A stretch of 64,000 bases of DNA, from NCBI GenBank assembly GCA_022813865.1, contig JALDZX010000007.1, forward strand, positions 124,001 to 188,000, written 5' to 3'. The notes under the pieces were generated by a model, which ran no database searches, had not been told where the DNA came from, and was given only the letters and a program-made list of their open reading frames with translations. Each line of letters opens with the position of its first letter. The first letter of the stretch is position 1. The position numbers and the translations under genes are program-made. Below, piece by piece: positions 12,501 to 24,486 of this stretch. Source of the DNA: Xylographa opegraphella. Lineage: Eukaryota.

Positions 12501-13299
12501 GTTGAATGAAGCGCGGAGATGTATAGTGTTTTTGCTTAGGTAGGTAGAGAGAGCGTTACGGTCCTGCCGAAGGGTTTTTTGTGGTATAAGTTTTCGAGTT
12601 TTTTGAGGGTTTTTTGGATAGTATGAGCAAATGTAGGTGATGGCATCTCACATTATACATATACTCTATCCATCTCTCTGAATGCGATAAAGAAAGATAA
12701 AGACATTATTCGCAGACCATGACGTTCACAAAGACTCAAACAGTCACAAAGACTTCTGGTCCAGCCAGTGTGGTAGGAATAATACCCAAGCTTAATTCTG
12801 ACAAGCAAGATGGAATTTCACAATGGTTCCTGGCCAGTGAAGATAGCTGAACAATAGTTTCCTATTCACTCATTCATCGATTGTCGTTTCGTTGTTCCAT
12901 ATCACCCATTGTGAATATACCGACTTTGCCCTTCCGACAGTCATTGCCTTCGTTGTGGCTAGAACCCATTGCTCAGCAGCGAGTTCCTCTGGATAGCAGT
13001 AATACCACCTTGACCATTTTCGCGCTCTCGCATACCCTGCGAAGCTGGATGAGAGTTGGAAATAGAGGGCAAAGCAGTAACGCAACACCTGATAGACTTA
13101 GACAAACCTTCATCTCCTCTGGTTGATTCGACTGCATCTAGTTATCCAGAACTGGATTAACCGAATTGGGGTCATCTGACTAATTTCTCATGTTCTTTTG
13201 CCAGCCCAAGAGGTCGTGGGAGTTGAGTGCTTACTGTATCAGGTGAACAGTCACTGCTTGTCGTCACTCTCCCCACAATCGTATTAAGCAATACCAACA

Positions 13300-13988
13300 A
13301 TGAACGACTACGATAGCGACATCTCGAGCGGATGCATACACTATCCTGTCTTTTGGACATCAAATATCGAAGCCGACGTATATTTAGCCTTTGCTTCCCT
13401 TTCGGAGCTGTTTACAACTGACCCAACCTCTTCGATGTCTTCAGATTCTCGACGACCTGATAACAAACTCATACAAGGGCCTTCTGGTCATTCGCGACGG
13501 AGATAATTCTGTTGTCTACTTTCTCGACTCACAGCCAGTGCGCCCATCAGCGTTAGCTTCCACCCGCCAATGAAAGCCTTCCGGTCCTACTGGACCGGGA
13601 AGAGCCTCGATGAGATTTATGACCACTTTATAGCCGAATACAGCGGGAAAAACAACGGATTCATTGATCAAACCTTCGCGATACTGGACGCGGAAACCGC
13701 CACCGATAGAATTATTTTGCTCGTAAATGATAAGGAACAATACCTCATAACTCTGCGAAGAGATTTCTATTGTTTCCTCCACGGATTGGTTTCGACCAAG
13801 ATGGAACTAAACTGGTACAGAGGTGGAAGAAGCGCAAGGTAATCACCCGTGAGATGGTGGACAGGGAGAGTGAAGACTATCGAGCTTCGGCTTACGCAAG
13901 GAAGAAGAAAGGAGAGCCATTAAAGGACGTAGAGAGAAAATCATCAGGGAGTGCCGGAAGAGTAATGGAAGGTATTGTACTTGGTTGA
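13300..13988 (+). pseudogene. Hypothetical fungal protein apparently broken by two frameshifts (about 13540 and 13780); intron about 13378-13444
   Basis: Protein-like segments (HYPVFWT, FRSYWTGKSLDEIY...FAILDAET...LRRDF, VITREMVDRE) lie in successive different frames with no splice signals at the two later junctions. Confidence 0.4.
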
Positions 13989-14168
13989 ATGCCAGCAGCA
14001 GCTTTTGATGATAAGGTGGTCAGTGAGGAGAACGATATAGAATGTAAATCTGGTGATCAAGGATAATTTACCATTGGTCGCTCGGCACGGTTAAGCTCAC
14101 CCGCGTATTTCCGGCCGAGGCCTGTGCCTTACCTTAATCTGCCAAGGTTGCTGGGGATCATTTGGCAC

Positions 14169-14206
14169 CGGATAGCCGATTCCCCGGCCGGGTGAAATCA
14201 GACGAT
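14169..14206 (+). promoter_or_regulatory. Candidate sterol-regulatory module: CGG-N12-CCG (14169-14186) plus SRE-like ATCAGACGAT (14197-14206)
   Basis: Motifs read directly about 150-185 bp upstream of the ERG5 ATG; they match AtrR-type and SREBP-type consensus. Confidence 0.45.
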
Positions 14207-14352
14207 AAATAATTTGTTCTGCATGCAATTTGCAGGAGAAGCTCCGCGATTCTAGAGAGAGTCGAGAAGTGGCAGCTCAAAGGCCCTCGATCATCTCACA
14301 CAGCAAACGCGCTTTTGGCTTGGTCGCCACGTTCCTTTGCGTGCTTTTCATT

Positions 14353-16132
14353 ATGGCAACAGTTCTAAATGGCAGTTTTGCCTCACCAGCAGCAAACGCC
14401 AATTATGCCATACCGGGTCTTGGACCCAATGGTGCAGGGCTTGCTTCCTATATCTTCTGTGGCATGAATATCTGGAGTCTGATGGCGACACTCCTGGTTT
14501 CTCTTATCGTATATGATCAAAGTAGGTCTCTTATATAAAGCTGATATTGGGGTACATTCTAACATACACACAGTCAGCTACATATTGCAGAAAGGCTCAA
14601 TCGCAGGTCCGAACTGGAAAATACCATTTGTCGGCCCATTCTTTGATTCAATCAATCCCAAGATGGACAAATACAAAGCACAATGGGCGAGCGGAGAGCT
14701 AAGCTGTGTCTCCGTGTTCCACAAGTGAGCAATGGTTCGTATTTCCATGATTCGATCACTGATGGGTTTCTACAGATTTGTTGTGATCGCGTCGACGCGA
14801 GACATGGCACGTAAAGTGTTCAACTCCCCTTCCTTTGTCCGACCTTGTGTGGTGGACGTAGCGATCAAACTGCTTCGGCCACAAAGCTGGGTCTTTCTCG
14901 ATGGAAAAGCTCATGTTGACTATCGCAAGGGACTTAATGGTCTTTTCACACGTCAGGCGCTCGAGGTCTACCTGCCGGGACAAGAAGAAGTCTACGACAA
15001 GTACTTTGACATGTTCGTGGAATTGTCGCAAGAAATCCATAAGGGAAAGCCCTTCCCATATATGCCCATGTTTCGGGAACTCATGTGTGCCGTTTCTTGT
15101 CGGACATTTGTTGGACATTACATGTCGGACTCGGCCGTCAAAAAGGTTGCCGATGACTATTACAAGATCACAGCCGCTCTAGATCTCGTCAATTTCCCAT
15201 GGATTCTTCCTTTCACAAGGCCTTGGTATGGAAAGAAGGCTGCTGATATGGTTATTGACCTCTTTGCCCAATGTGCGGCAAAAGCCAAGGTCAGGATGGC
15301 AGCAGGTGGTGAGATAAGTTGCATTATGGATGGCTGGATCAAATCAATGCAAGATTCTGAGAAGTACAGACAAAAGATTGCGAAAGGACTTCCGGTAGAC
15401 CCTTCAGAGAAACCTCCGCATATGCTTCGTGACTTCTCCGATTTTGAGATATCTCTGACTATCTTAACATTCCTGTTCGCATCCCAGGACGCTACCAGCA
15501 GTGCGGCAACATGGCTGTTCCAGCTGATGGCTGACCGACCAGAGATCCTAGATAAAGTACGGGAAGAGAACATGGCCGTTCGTAATGGTGACCGAGATGC
15601 AAGATTTACAATGGACATGTTGGAAAATATGCCTTATACACGCGCAGTAGTGAAGGAAACCCTGCGCTACAGACCTCCAGTCATCATGGTTCCTTACCTT
15701 GTAAAGAAAAGCTTTCCAGTCACCGATACCTATACAGCACCAAAAGGATCGATGATAATTCCATGTTGCTATCCAGCCTTGCATGACCCAGAAGTTTATC
15801 CTCAACCAGATTCTTTTGATCCGGATCGGTGGATAACCGGGACCGCGGAGGCAGCAAGCAAGAACTGGTTGGTATTCGGGACCGGTCCGCACTACTGTTT
15901 AGGGCAAACGTATGCTACAATGAACCTCATGGCAATGATTGGGAAGGCGAGTCTGCAGCTCAACTGGGATCATCACATCACCCCCCTTTCAGAGGAAATA
16001 AAAGTGTTCGCGACCATATTTCCTCAGGCAAGTGTCCTTTTGCATAGAATGCTTTTGCGAAGCTCGATCTGCCGTTCTAACTATACACTGCAGGATGATT
16101 GCCCACTCGTATTCTCTTATCGATCGCAATAA
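14353..16132 (+). CDS. ERG5: Cytochrome P450 CYP61, C-22 sterol desaturase; introns 14522-14573, 14725-14775, 16028-16093 (GC-AG)
   Basis: [12 protein letters not shown]-helix, ETLR, heme motif [11 protein letters not shown]-terminal [14 protein letters not shown]. Confidence 0.97.
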
Positions 16133-16836
16133 AACGGGCAGCGTCTTTATTCTAGAAGTAAGGGTACTTTCCTGTGGCAGTTTCACCACCGGCTTCGGTC
16201 ACACCCTTTGCGGAACATGTTTTGTGGCTGGATAGACTTCATCTCCGCAAAATTCTCACCCTGGCGCTCGCGTTGGAGTTTCACGATGCTACGCTGGACC
16301 TGCCTCTTGAGACCTTAATACCCATACCTTGTTCCTCTTTGTTGGCTCCGGTACATGCCACCCTTGAGCGCCTTTGTTTACTTAACTCTTATTGTCAGGC
16401 TTGTAAATAGGATTAGACTAATACAACATCACGATCATTCGATCCCAGAATCCGTTTTGACTGAATGTGTCTCCCTGCTGTGCTGTGGCTCGTTGTACCA
16501 CATGAAGGCTACAACCGTAGTAGTCGAAGTTATATACAAAGTATCCATATTGAATAAATACCACAGTCATTAGGGGCGTCTCCTGCTGTCCATCCTTTCC
16601 GGGTGAAATTCCACACGGACGATGCTTGGAATTACCCTAATCTACGATTTCACCACTGAACGCTACTGACTCGTTGGAATGTCACCAGCTATCTTCAGAA
16701 ATAAGCAAACGAGTGCGAAAGAACATGCTCCGTAGACAAAGAACTGACATTCCAACGCAGAGAGAACCAAATTCACCAGCATCCCCAAAAAAGCCAATCC
16801 ACACTTTCCCCTCCTCACCTGTTCGCAACCACCCCC

Positions 16837-17229
16837 TCAAACGCCCGGCTCCCCCTCCCACCTCACCGCCCCCTCCGGGATCGGCACAATCGCCCTCTTG
16901 CACCAGATATGCACGGCGCCCGCCAGGCTCAACCCCTCAATACAGCCGCCCTTCACGCTGACGGCGTCGCGGCGCGAGTTGACGTGCACGAGGCGGGAGC
17001 CGCATTCGTGGCAGAAGTAGCAGTCGACGGTGGCGCCGCTGGCGGCGAGGCGCGTGTAGCACGCGAGCGGAGCGTCGGCGGGCAGCGCGAAGGGCGGGAA
17101 CTTGGCGGAGATGCCGAAGGCGGAGGAGGACTGGCGGCGGCAGTCGAGGCAGTGGCAGATGTAGACGGCTAGGGGCGCGGGGAGGGGGGTGAGGAAGTGG
17201 CTGGCGCCGCATTGGCAGGTGGTATTCAT
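16837..17229 (-). CDS. GFA/CENP-V (Mss4-like) Zn-binding protein, about 130 aa
   Basis: MNTTCQCG, CHCLDCRRQSSSAFG, YFCHECGSRL, HIWCKRA. Confidence 0.88.
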   Translation of the reverse strand: MNTTCQCGASHFLTPLPAPLAVYICHCLDCRRQSSSAFGISAKFPPFALPADAPLACYTRLAASGATVDCYFCHECGSRLVHVNSRRDAVSVKGGCIEGLSLAGAVHIWCKRAIVPIPEGAVRWEGEPGV

Positions 17230-19173
17230 TTTGTGGTTTAGGGGTGGGGGGGATTGGATGGTGGGTGTTTCTGGGTATGGATGAGTGCGATGGGGCTGTT
17301 GTGGGTTTGGTTGAGGTTTTGTAGGGTTTAGGGTTATCGTGTGACTTTGGAGCCTTTTGGCTTGTTGGCAATGGTCTTCGTCTTCGGCGCCCAAACGATG
17401 GCAGCACTGTCGGCGCTGTTCCACGTAAATTACTACTGTGGCTCTGACAGTACATATGACGAAGGTCGCGCACATGGAATTGAATAAATAGCGCCTAGGG
17501 AATATCGGCAACTGCTTATCGAAAGTTTCGTGGGACTGACTAATAGACAAGGGCGCGAAGATAGGATTGGAAGAGAAAAAGCACGAGGTAGACTGGTGCG
17601 AGGCTTCGCGAATGCCTTACAGGCTCTTGCATGTATTTGTGGGAGACTATGAGTCAGGTGAGGTGCACGTGCGGAGTAGGTTTGAAGCTGAGTGATCGAG
17701 CACTGAAGCCTGCCGACGAACCGCACTGGCCACCGGTGCTAGACAGCCCAGAGTTCTTTGACATGTTGTCGAGCCGTGAATATTGTTCTTGTTCTCGTCC
17801 TACTCCAAAAATCGGTTTGTGTTTCTGTGATTTCGTTCCTCCTAGCGCGACGCTACTTCGGGCGGAGCAACGATTGACCGCGGAGACTGGCAATATGTTT
17901 GACTTCCAAATATAGGCCTTGTCCACACGACGGCTGAACAATGTAGCCACGCCGCTTTCAAGACGGATCGAGTCGATGTCACAGCATGAAGTGGGACGAT
18001 GAGGGCCACAACTGGAACAAGCACGGGCACTTTCTCCCGCATTATGAATCAGGCCAACATCTATGACCCTTGTCATGCTCATCATCAAGGCCACGCCGTA
18101 CTGTTGAGCCATCTTCGGAAAAGTCCTCGAAACGTTCGGAATAGGTAATTCTGTTCAGTTTGGGGTTGCACTCAAAACTAGCTCGGCAATATTTGGTTGA
18201 GATGAGGTGCTTGCGCCGCGCTTCGCGGAAGCCTATCCTGGTATAAACAATATGAAACATGCGGGAAACTCCCGGAGACTGGAGACTCCTGCGACATTTT
18301 GCGTCCACTCTAGAGCACGAGGTAAGTAGAATAATCGATCAGGCAGGAATACATCAAACAAGCTCCGGCATGTTGCACCGATATCTACCAAATCTCTCGC
18401 AACCATCCACAATAATAGCCCACAGCGACAGCGGCGGTCATTCAGCCCAAGCAATATCGCCACAAACAATTGCTCAAGCCCGCGCTTCGGAAAATGCTGA
18501 ACCACACCAACCCACCAACCTGCACACCGTCAACAGAGCCTCCGGAGCCAATCGAAAACACAGCCACAGCATGAACACCATCACTTCGCATCCTTCCACA
18601 TCCTACGCTTGTGAACCAGCCTTAGCGGAAGGAGCGCCATCGACATCCACTCGCACCACGCCTCGTTACAATTCCCAACGCGTGGAAGGCCGGCTGATCC
18701 GATTTCGTACATATGCAAGCACTGCAGGATTTGGGAACTCCTATTCACGCCCTATGCCGTCGTGCTGTGACTGGGAATGCCCGGTGGTGGACCTCGAGCA
18801 TTGGTCTATATCGGTGCAAGAGGCAGGCACCACGACTCACGGCCGGGTATCGGCTTAATTTCTCGGTGATTATGATGTTTCAGTTGCAGTCTGTGTAAAT
18901 GCAAGTGACCTAATCGTTTGAGAGACCTTCGTACGACGTGTGAATCGCAGGGCTGAGGCGGCAGCGAGTTGAGATGGATGTCTAATAACACCGAGCGATG
19001 GTCGTCTTTTGTTTCCACACCATCCGAGTCACTCACTCTTTCTCACCCCAACACATCTTCCTATCACCCTTCGTCCACCATCTCCTTGCACTTCATATCC
19101 TCGTGCATTTCCCTCGAGTACTTTCCCAACCGTCCAACTCCATACTCGACCCCGTCCCGCAAAACCCCCAACC

Positions 19174-20019
19174 ATGCAGCCCGCAATCCTCTCCACCCTC
19201 TCCCTTCTCGCCCCTCTCTGCCTCCTCGCCAACGCCGCCTCCCTCCCAGCCGGCACGCCCGCCGCCGTAGCCGCAACACCCACGCCCACGCCCAACTCGC
19301 TCGCCAACGACGTGCTCAACCTCTTCAGCGACATCGCCGCCAACCCGACAGCCGCCTCCCTCGGCAGCGCCTTCCTCTCGAGCATCGAAACCGACGCCCT
19401 GGCCTTCGCGCTAGCCTCCCCTTCCGCCATCCTCGCCGACATCCCGGGCCTCTTCTCCGCCCTCAACGGCATCGTCGCGTCCGAACCGTACCGCCCGGCC
19501 CTCACCTCCCTCGAAGGCGCCCTCGACGCCTCCCTCACCGCCCTCATCGCCGCCGACGCCACCAACACCGCCGCCCTCGTCTCGGACGTCAGCGATCTCG
19601 TCCAGGCCGTGGCCACCAACACCGCCCTCGACGCCCTCTTCCAGACCATCGGCGACAGCATCCTCTCCGACGCGGAAGCCTTCGCCCTCGCGAGCCCCAG
19701 CGCCGCGCTGGCGGATCTCAGTCTCGCGGTCGGGGAGATCAATCCCATCATCGCGACGGAGTCGTATGCCGGCGCGTTCAGTACGCTGGAGGCGCTGGTG
19801 CAGAGCGAGTTGGCTAGTATCGTGAGCCATGATGGGCCGATGATGACGGCCGCCCCGAGCGCGGGCGTCTCGAGCTTTGTCACGGCGGGCGTGAATGCAA
19901 CGATGACGGGCGTGCCGGGTCCGACGGTGTCGGTTTTTATGGGTGCCGCGGGGAGTGTGGATGTAGGAGCGCTGGGGCTGGTCGCGGCGGTGGGTATGGC
20001 GGGCTTGGCTTTGCTGTAG
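19174..20019 (+). CDS. Secreted, probably GPI-anchored Ala/Leu/Ser-rich cell-surface protein with an internal duplication (281 aa)
   Basis: Signal peptide MQPAILSTLSLLAPLCLLANA; hydrophobic C-terminus FMGAAGSVDVGALGLVAAVGMAGLALL typical of a GPI signal. Confidence 0.8.
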   Translation: MQPAILSTLSLLAPLCLLANAASLPAGTPAAVAATPTPTPNSLANDVLNLFSDIAANPTAASLGSAFLSSIETDALAFALASPSAILADIPGLFSALNGIVASEPYRPALTSLEGALDASLTALIAADATNTAALVSDVSDLVQAVATNTALDALFQTIGDSILSDAEAFALASPSAALADLSLAVGEINPIIATESYAGAFSTLEALVQSELASIVSHDGPMMTAAPSAGVSSFVTAGVNATMTGVPGPTVSVFMGAAGSVDVGALGLVAAVGMAGLALL

Positions 20020-20615
20020 GGTGGTAATAGGGGATCGTTGGGGGGGTGCTTGGGCGTGGGGATAATGGATGGGGGGATAGATTGGGGTTTGGAGGCTTTG
20101 ATTCTTGATGGGGATAGGATTAGTGATGTTAGCGAGCATCTGGGTGGATTGCTTTGGAACCTGCTTCCCTTGAGGTGATTGCGCTGTTGGCCACGATGAT
20201 ATCCCAGTTGCGTGCAGCCATGTCTTTGTGTCTAGGCCAACAGGACAATCCGATGTGATCGATTTTACTGGCTGGATTGGGGCTAGCTTGGAAGTGACAG
20301 GACGGATACGCGTCAGAGGGATGGGCACGAGGGAGACGTAGAAGAGCTTCAAGCAGGCGTGAGCACAGTTGACGATGAGAGACAGAGTGGAGCGGAGGTC
20401 CACAGGCCTTGTTATGCGGAAGAGAAGAAGAAGAATGGGTAGAATTGAGCTTGGGGAGTCAAAAGCTAGATAGTAAAACACGAGATGGAAAAAGTAAACT
20501 ATACGAAGAAATGTAAAGGTAATGTAAATCGTCAATAAGTAATCTTACCTCGGAGACGAAGCCACACAGGCATCAATCCCCGTCAGCAGCGGACCCAACA
20601 CGACTGAAAACCTCA

Positions 20616-20905
20616 CTACGTCCGCAACACGCCCGTTGCCCTCAAGATCTGCAGCACCCGCAGCGCGGTGCCGTCCTCTCGGGCGAGACAAAGCCCCACC
20701 ACCAAAACGACCTCCATCGCCACGAGCAGCAGACGACAATGCCGCTCCCACCAATCCTCGCATCGCAAGCACACCCAGGGCTTGTGCGAACAGACTGCGG
20801 ACTGGTGTTCGATGTCGCACTCGAAAAGTGGGTGGGCGTTGCAGGCTAGGCCTGCGTTTCTCGGCAGTGGCCGCAGCGATAGTAGGCGGTCTTGAAATGG
20901 CACAT
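20616..20905 (-). pseudogene. Small Cys/His-rich protein (MC...YRCGH...C...C...CxxC) with one frameshift near 20855
   Basis: MCHFKTAYYRCGHCRE continues in another frame as GLACNAHPLFEC...WVCLRCEDWW. Confidence 0.45.
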
Positions 20906-21501
20906 GGTGTGATGGTCAAGGCGGGAAGAGGGCGAGCAGCGAAAAGGGAGGGTATTTGTAAGGTGAGAGGGGGAGGGGTATGGTAGAGGGGTTATGGACA
21001 ATGGGATTGTGGGAGTGAGAGGCTTTTGTTGTATAAGGCGCAAAGAGACAAAGACACCGCAGGTATTGATGCGGGGATGGTTGGTTGGTTGGTGCTGGCT
21101 GATCTTCGGAATGAGATCCATTGTAGAATATGGGGAGGAAGTCGATTAGTTGGCTTCGTGATGAGAGCCTCGACTCCTTGGGAAGCGGAACCTGCATGCG
21201 TGCCGACGTTGGTGATGCTTCGGAACTATCTTGTCTCGTGAGAAATGAAGAGTGTGTCATAACAGGCCGGTGATATCTCATGATTGATATTGATTCGCAC
21301 AGAGACCAACTTACACGAATAGCATCAATCAATTGGCTTCTGTTAGAGAGCTACTCATCACCAAGTTAGGTTCTTCTGGATGTGAATAACGGGTATTGAT
21401 AAAATTTGCGAGTAGGAAGAAGGCATAACCATTGAGAAGAAGATGATCCAGCTAGGTAACCTCGAGAGGGTGCTCTAGCTGTGCTGTACTATTCTACCAC
21501 T

Positions 21502-21765
21502 TCATCCGTCAGATCCCTCTGTGCACTGCCATAGGCCCAGTCCCATCGTCCGACATTCATCCTGAGAGCCGAACCCTCGCGAGCCCAGTATGCTGGCCGA
21601 GTCAGCCTTCATACACTGTTCGCAGCGGTGGTAATGTCGCTTAACAATCTCGAGTCGCTCATCCACAGTGCATCTCAAAACTCCCGGAGAAACGACGTTA
21701 CAGACACAAGCCAGGACAATGTCGCAGTAAAAACAGATGAAGACGTGCTTCTCGCAGAAACACAC
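21502..21765 (-). CDS. Small Cys-rich protein starting at GTG (possibly a mutated ATG, i.e. pseudogene)
   Basis: cagccGTG TGT TTC TGC... gives (M)CFCEKHVFICFYCD...C...RC...HRCEQC. Confidence 0.35.
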   Translation of the reverse strand: MCFCEKHVFICFYCDIVLACVCNVVSPGVLRCTVDERLEIVKRHYHRCEQCMKADSASILGSRGFGSQDECRTMGLGLWQCTEGSDG

Positions 21766-22812
21766 GGCTGATAAGGTATCTATTTGGAGGGTGTTTGATG
21801 GACAGGTTTGAAAGGTTGGTGAACGTAAAATTGTGCTAGAAAGAGGTAGTGGGGATGAAAACAAAAAGGAAAGCAACAAAGAAAGCCGGGCAGGGCAGCA
21901 CAGGACTTTCACAACAACGCAGGTTCGACAGGTACGAGGCTTAAATGTGCCGTTATATGAAATAACTTCGGATTACGGCTTCACACTGTAGAGGACTTGA
22001 AGTTCAGTGTGGTTTCAAACAGTCCATAGATACTGAATGCCGCAGAACCCTGGGCGTCAAGATATTGCACTTCCAGACTGTGCAGCCCATTAGTGAGATT
22101 GCCCATTTCGCACGGCGCAATCTAAATATATGAATGAAGTTTGTAAGGTCAACGTGACATGCTCAGGTGGCGATATGCTTTCAAGCAGAGGAAACACCGA
22201 TACAGTAACCAAGGTTCGATCGGCAGAATCTCTTTTGCTGATCGAAATCTTTGAGGGCCGCTGTAGCGTCTGAAGAAATCACTAAGATACTTGCTTTAGG
22301 CGCCAGTGACCGTTGGTCAGTAAATTGATAAAGTTCGGCCTACCATAGTCCTTTCCTCCTATAAATCCTGGGAAATTCAATTGAGATTGCGAGAGCCGGT
22401 GACTGTGCATCCTGGCTAGAATTTATCTTGGCTTTTGCACTTGTGAACCTACACTCCAACCTTCCAACAACGACGCGGCAGGGTCCGAAGTACAGAGTTG
22501 CTGATCATGGATACAGAGACGCGCCATGTTCATGGCGCATCCAGAACGCCTAGCCTCTCAGTCGTCAGCTTGCACGCCTTTATCGTCATCGGTACTCCTC
22601 ATGGGTCGAAAGATTACCGACTCTAGTTCGTGTCACCGTCGACCTAAGTAGCACGTCGGCAATTGGCAAAATATCAATCCGAGGTATCTTATATGAGGGC
22701 TGTGGGAAACGTGAGGAACTACTGATACCGCTGCTCGAAATGAACGCCCTACATACGAGTAGGGCGGAAACTCCGGTATAAAGATCTAATGGTATAATAA
22801 TACCGTTTACCA

Positions 22813-24267
22813 TCACTCCTTCACAGCCACTTCGATGAGGCATTCGCTCACATCATCGTCCGGTCTCCAGATATTTTCGATCCTCAAACCCGAGCTCTCC
22901 AGTAGTTCATACCATTGCTTTTCCGTCCGCTCGATGGCGCCCAATACGGCCATCATGTTCAAATCCTGCCCGGTCATAAGACGTGTTGCATCTCTTGCGG
23001 GAACCACCCATTGATTGATCAAGACCTTGCTATACGAAGGATCCATCACACGACGAGTCTCGGTGAGGATGGTGCGGCAGATGTCGTCACTCCAATCATG
23101 GAGGACGTTACGGAAATAGTATACTCGAGCACCTATCGAGAAGCAGTCAGTCATCGACTTCCCGGGAAAACGACAAATCTGATGTTTCCTCACCTTTGAT
23201 GGTCTGCGGTTTTAGGAAGTCATGTTCCATCACTTCCACCCCTTCCAGATGCAGCTCCTTCACAGTCTGTGGCAGGTCTTGTATTATCAACTTGCCAGGG
23301 AGCTTTGGATATCGCTTCTTTAGTGCTACGGCTTCGTGGCCAAAGCCGCCACCGACATCTACGAACAAGATTCCATCGGTGTGGGCACCATTGCCGAGCT
23401 TTTCTTCTACCGGAAAGAAATCCATCCAATTGGCACGGCCCTCATCGAAGCCAGACATGTATACCTGGAACGGATCTTTCCATGCATGATGTTCCATGAT
23501 GTATCGGAAGCAAGGCTTTGCTGTCCTATAAACAAGATTGAAGGCGGTGTGAATTGAGTCTGAGGGGTTTTGATAGTGGGTCTCCTCGAGATACTTGGGT
23601 AGATAGTGCCATACCGGGGAGAGGTAGGTGAAGCTTAAGTCCACGAAGACCATCAGCTGTGTTTTCATTAATGCGTCTAGGTGCGCGTAGACACGGAGAT
23701 ATTGAGAATAGACGAACCAGTGCTCGACGCCAGCCGCGAGCTTAGGTACTACCATCGTCCTCGAGACTGTTGTTGGTGCGTAGCACTCAGTTGCAGTCTC
23801 CTCAACAGCCCCGACGGATGCTAACGATCGAAGTATTCTTCCTTTGTTGACTGTCAGCACCAGGATTGATGTCGGGATGACGGGAGTATGCATCGCATAC
23901 CAAGAAGAACGGGATCTGCGCCGGTCTCTTCCGCCAGTTCTGGTAGACTCCGGGGCTTCTCACTCTTGACCAAAATCTCGAAGAGACCAAGGTTGATACC
24001 GATCTTGATAGACACAACTTCCAGAAACTGGAGGGAAGTTAATCGAGACTACAGCAACGAGCAAGAGCTGACTGAGGCAATCTCGACCTGCATAGTAACT
24101 CGTTCTAAAACATCCCCAGGCTCTTCAAGCGCAAGACTCAGTTTCGACACTGCTTTGCGAAGCTCTGTTCTCCGCTTCTCGTTTCCGGTTCCTTCTCCCT
24201 GGGCGGATGAGAGCTCCTCGCCCAAGGTGCGCACTTGCGCCAGAAGATGTGTGACAGACGGGTCCAT
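22813..24267 (-). CDS. SAM-dependent O-methyltransferase (Methyltransf_2, secondary-metabolism type); introns 24028-24087, 23842-23900, about 23634-23717, 23133-23193
   Basis: [51 protein letters not shown]. Confidence 0.92.
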
Positions 24268-24422
24268 TGTCCGACCAAGATATGATAGACGAGTGCGGGT
24301 GGACACAAAGCGGAGAAGCCCATACTGTCGGAGCGCAGACTTCGCTGCTCACATATACTGACGACGACCATCAGCAGGAAGAATTACGATTGGGTCCACG
24401 CCGCGGGCGGGCCTTAGATAGT

Positions 24423-24486
24423 GGAAGGAAGGAAGGATGGATGGATGGATGGATGGATGGATGGATGGATGGATGGATGGATGGAT
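24423..24486 (+). repeat. Microsatellite (GGAA)3(GGAT)13
   Basis: Read directly, about 160 bp upstream of the O-methyltransferase ATG. Confidence 0.95.

Noticed and set aside
18050..18858. Stop-interrupted protein-like sequence and a 199-aa ORF
   Set aside because: Could be a decayed gene, but no recognisable family or consistent exon structure.
19029..20535. Long antisense/overlapping ORFs (also 4550-5362, 36849-38311, 46139-47255, 58469-59065)
   Set aside because: Shadows of GC-rich, stop-poor coding sequence in the skew islands; no independent motifs.
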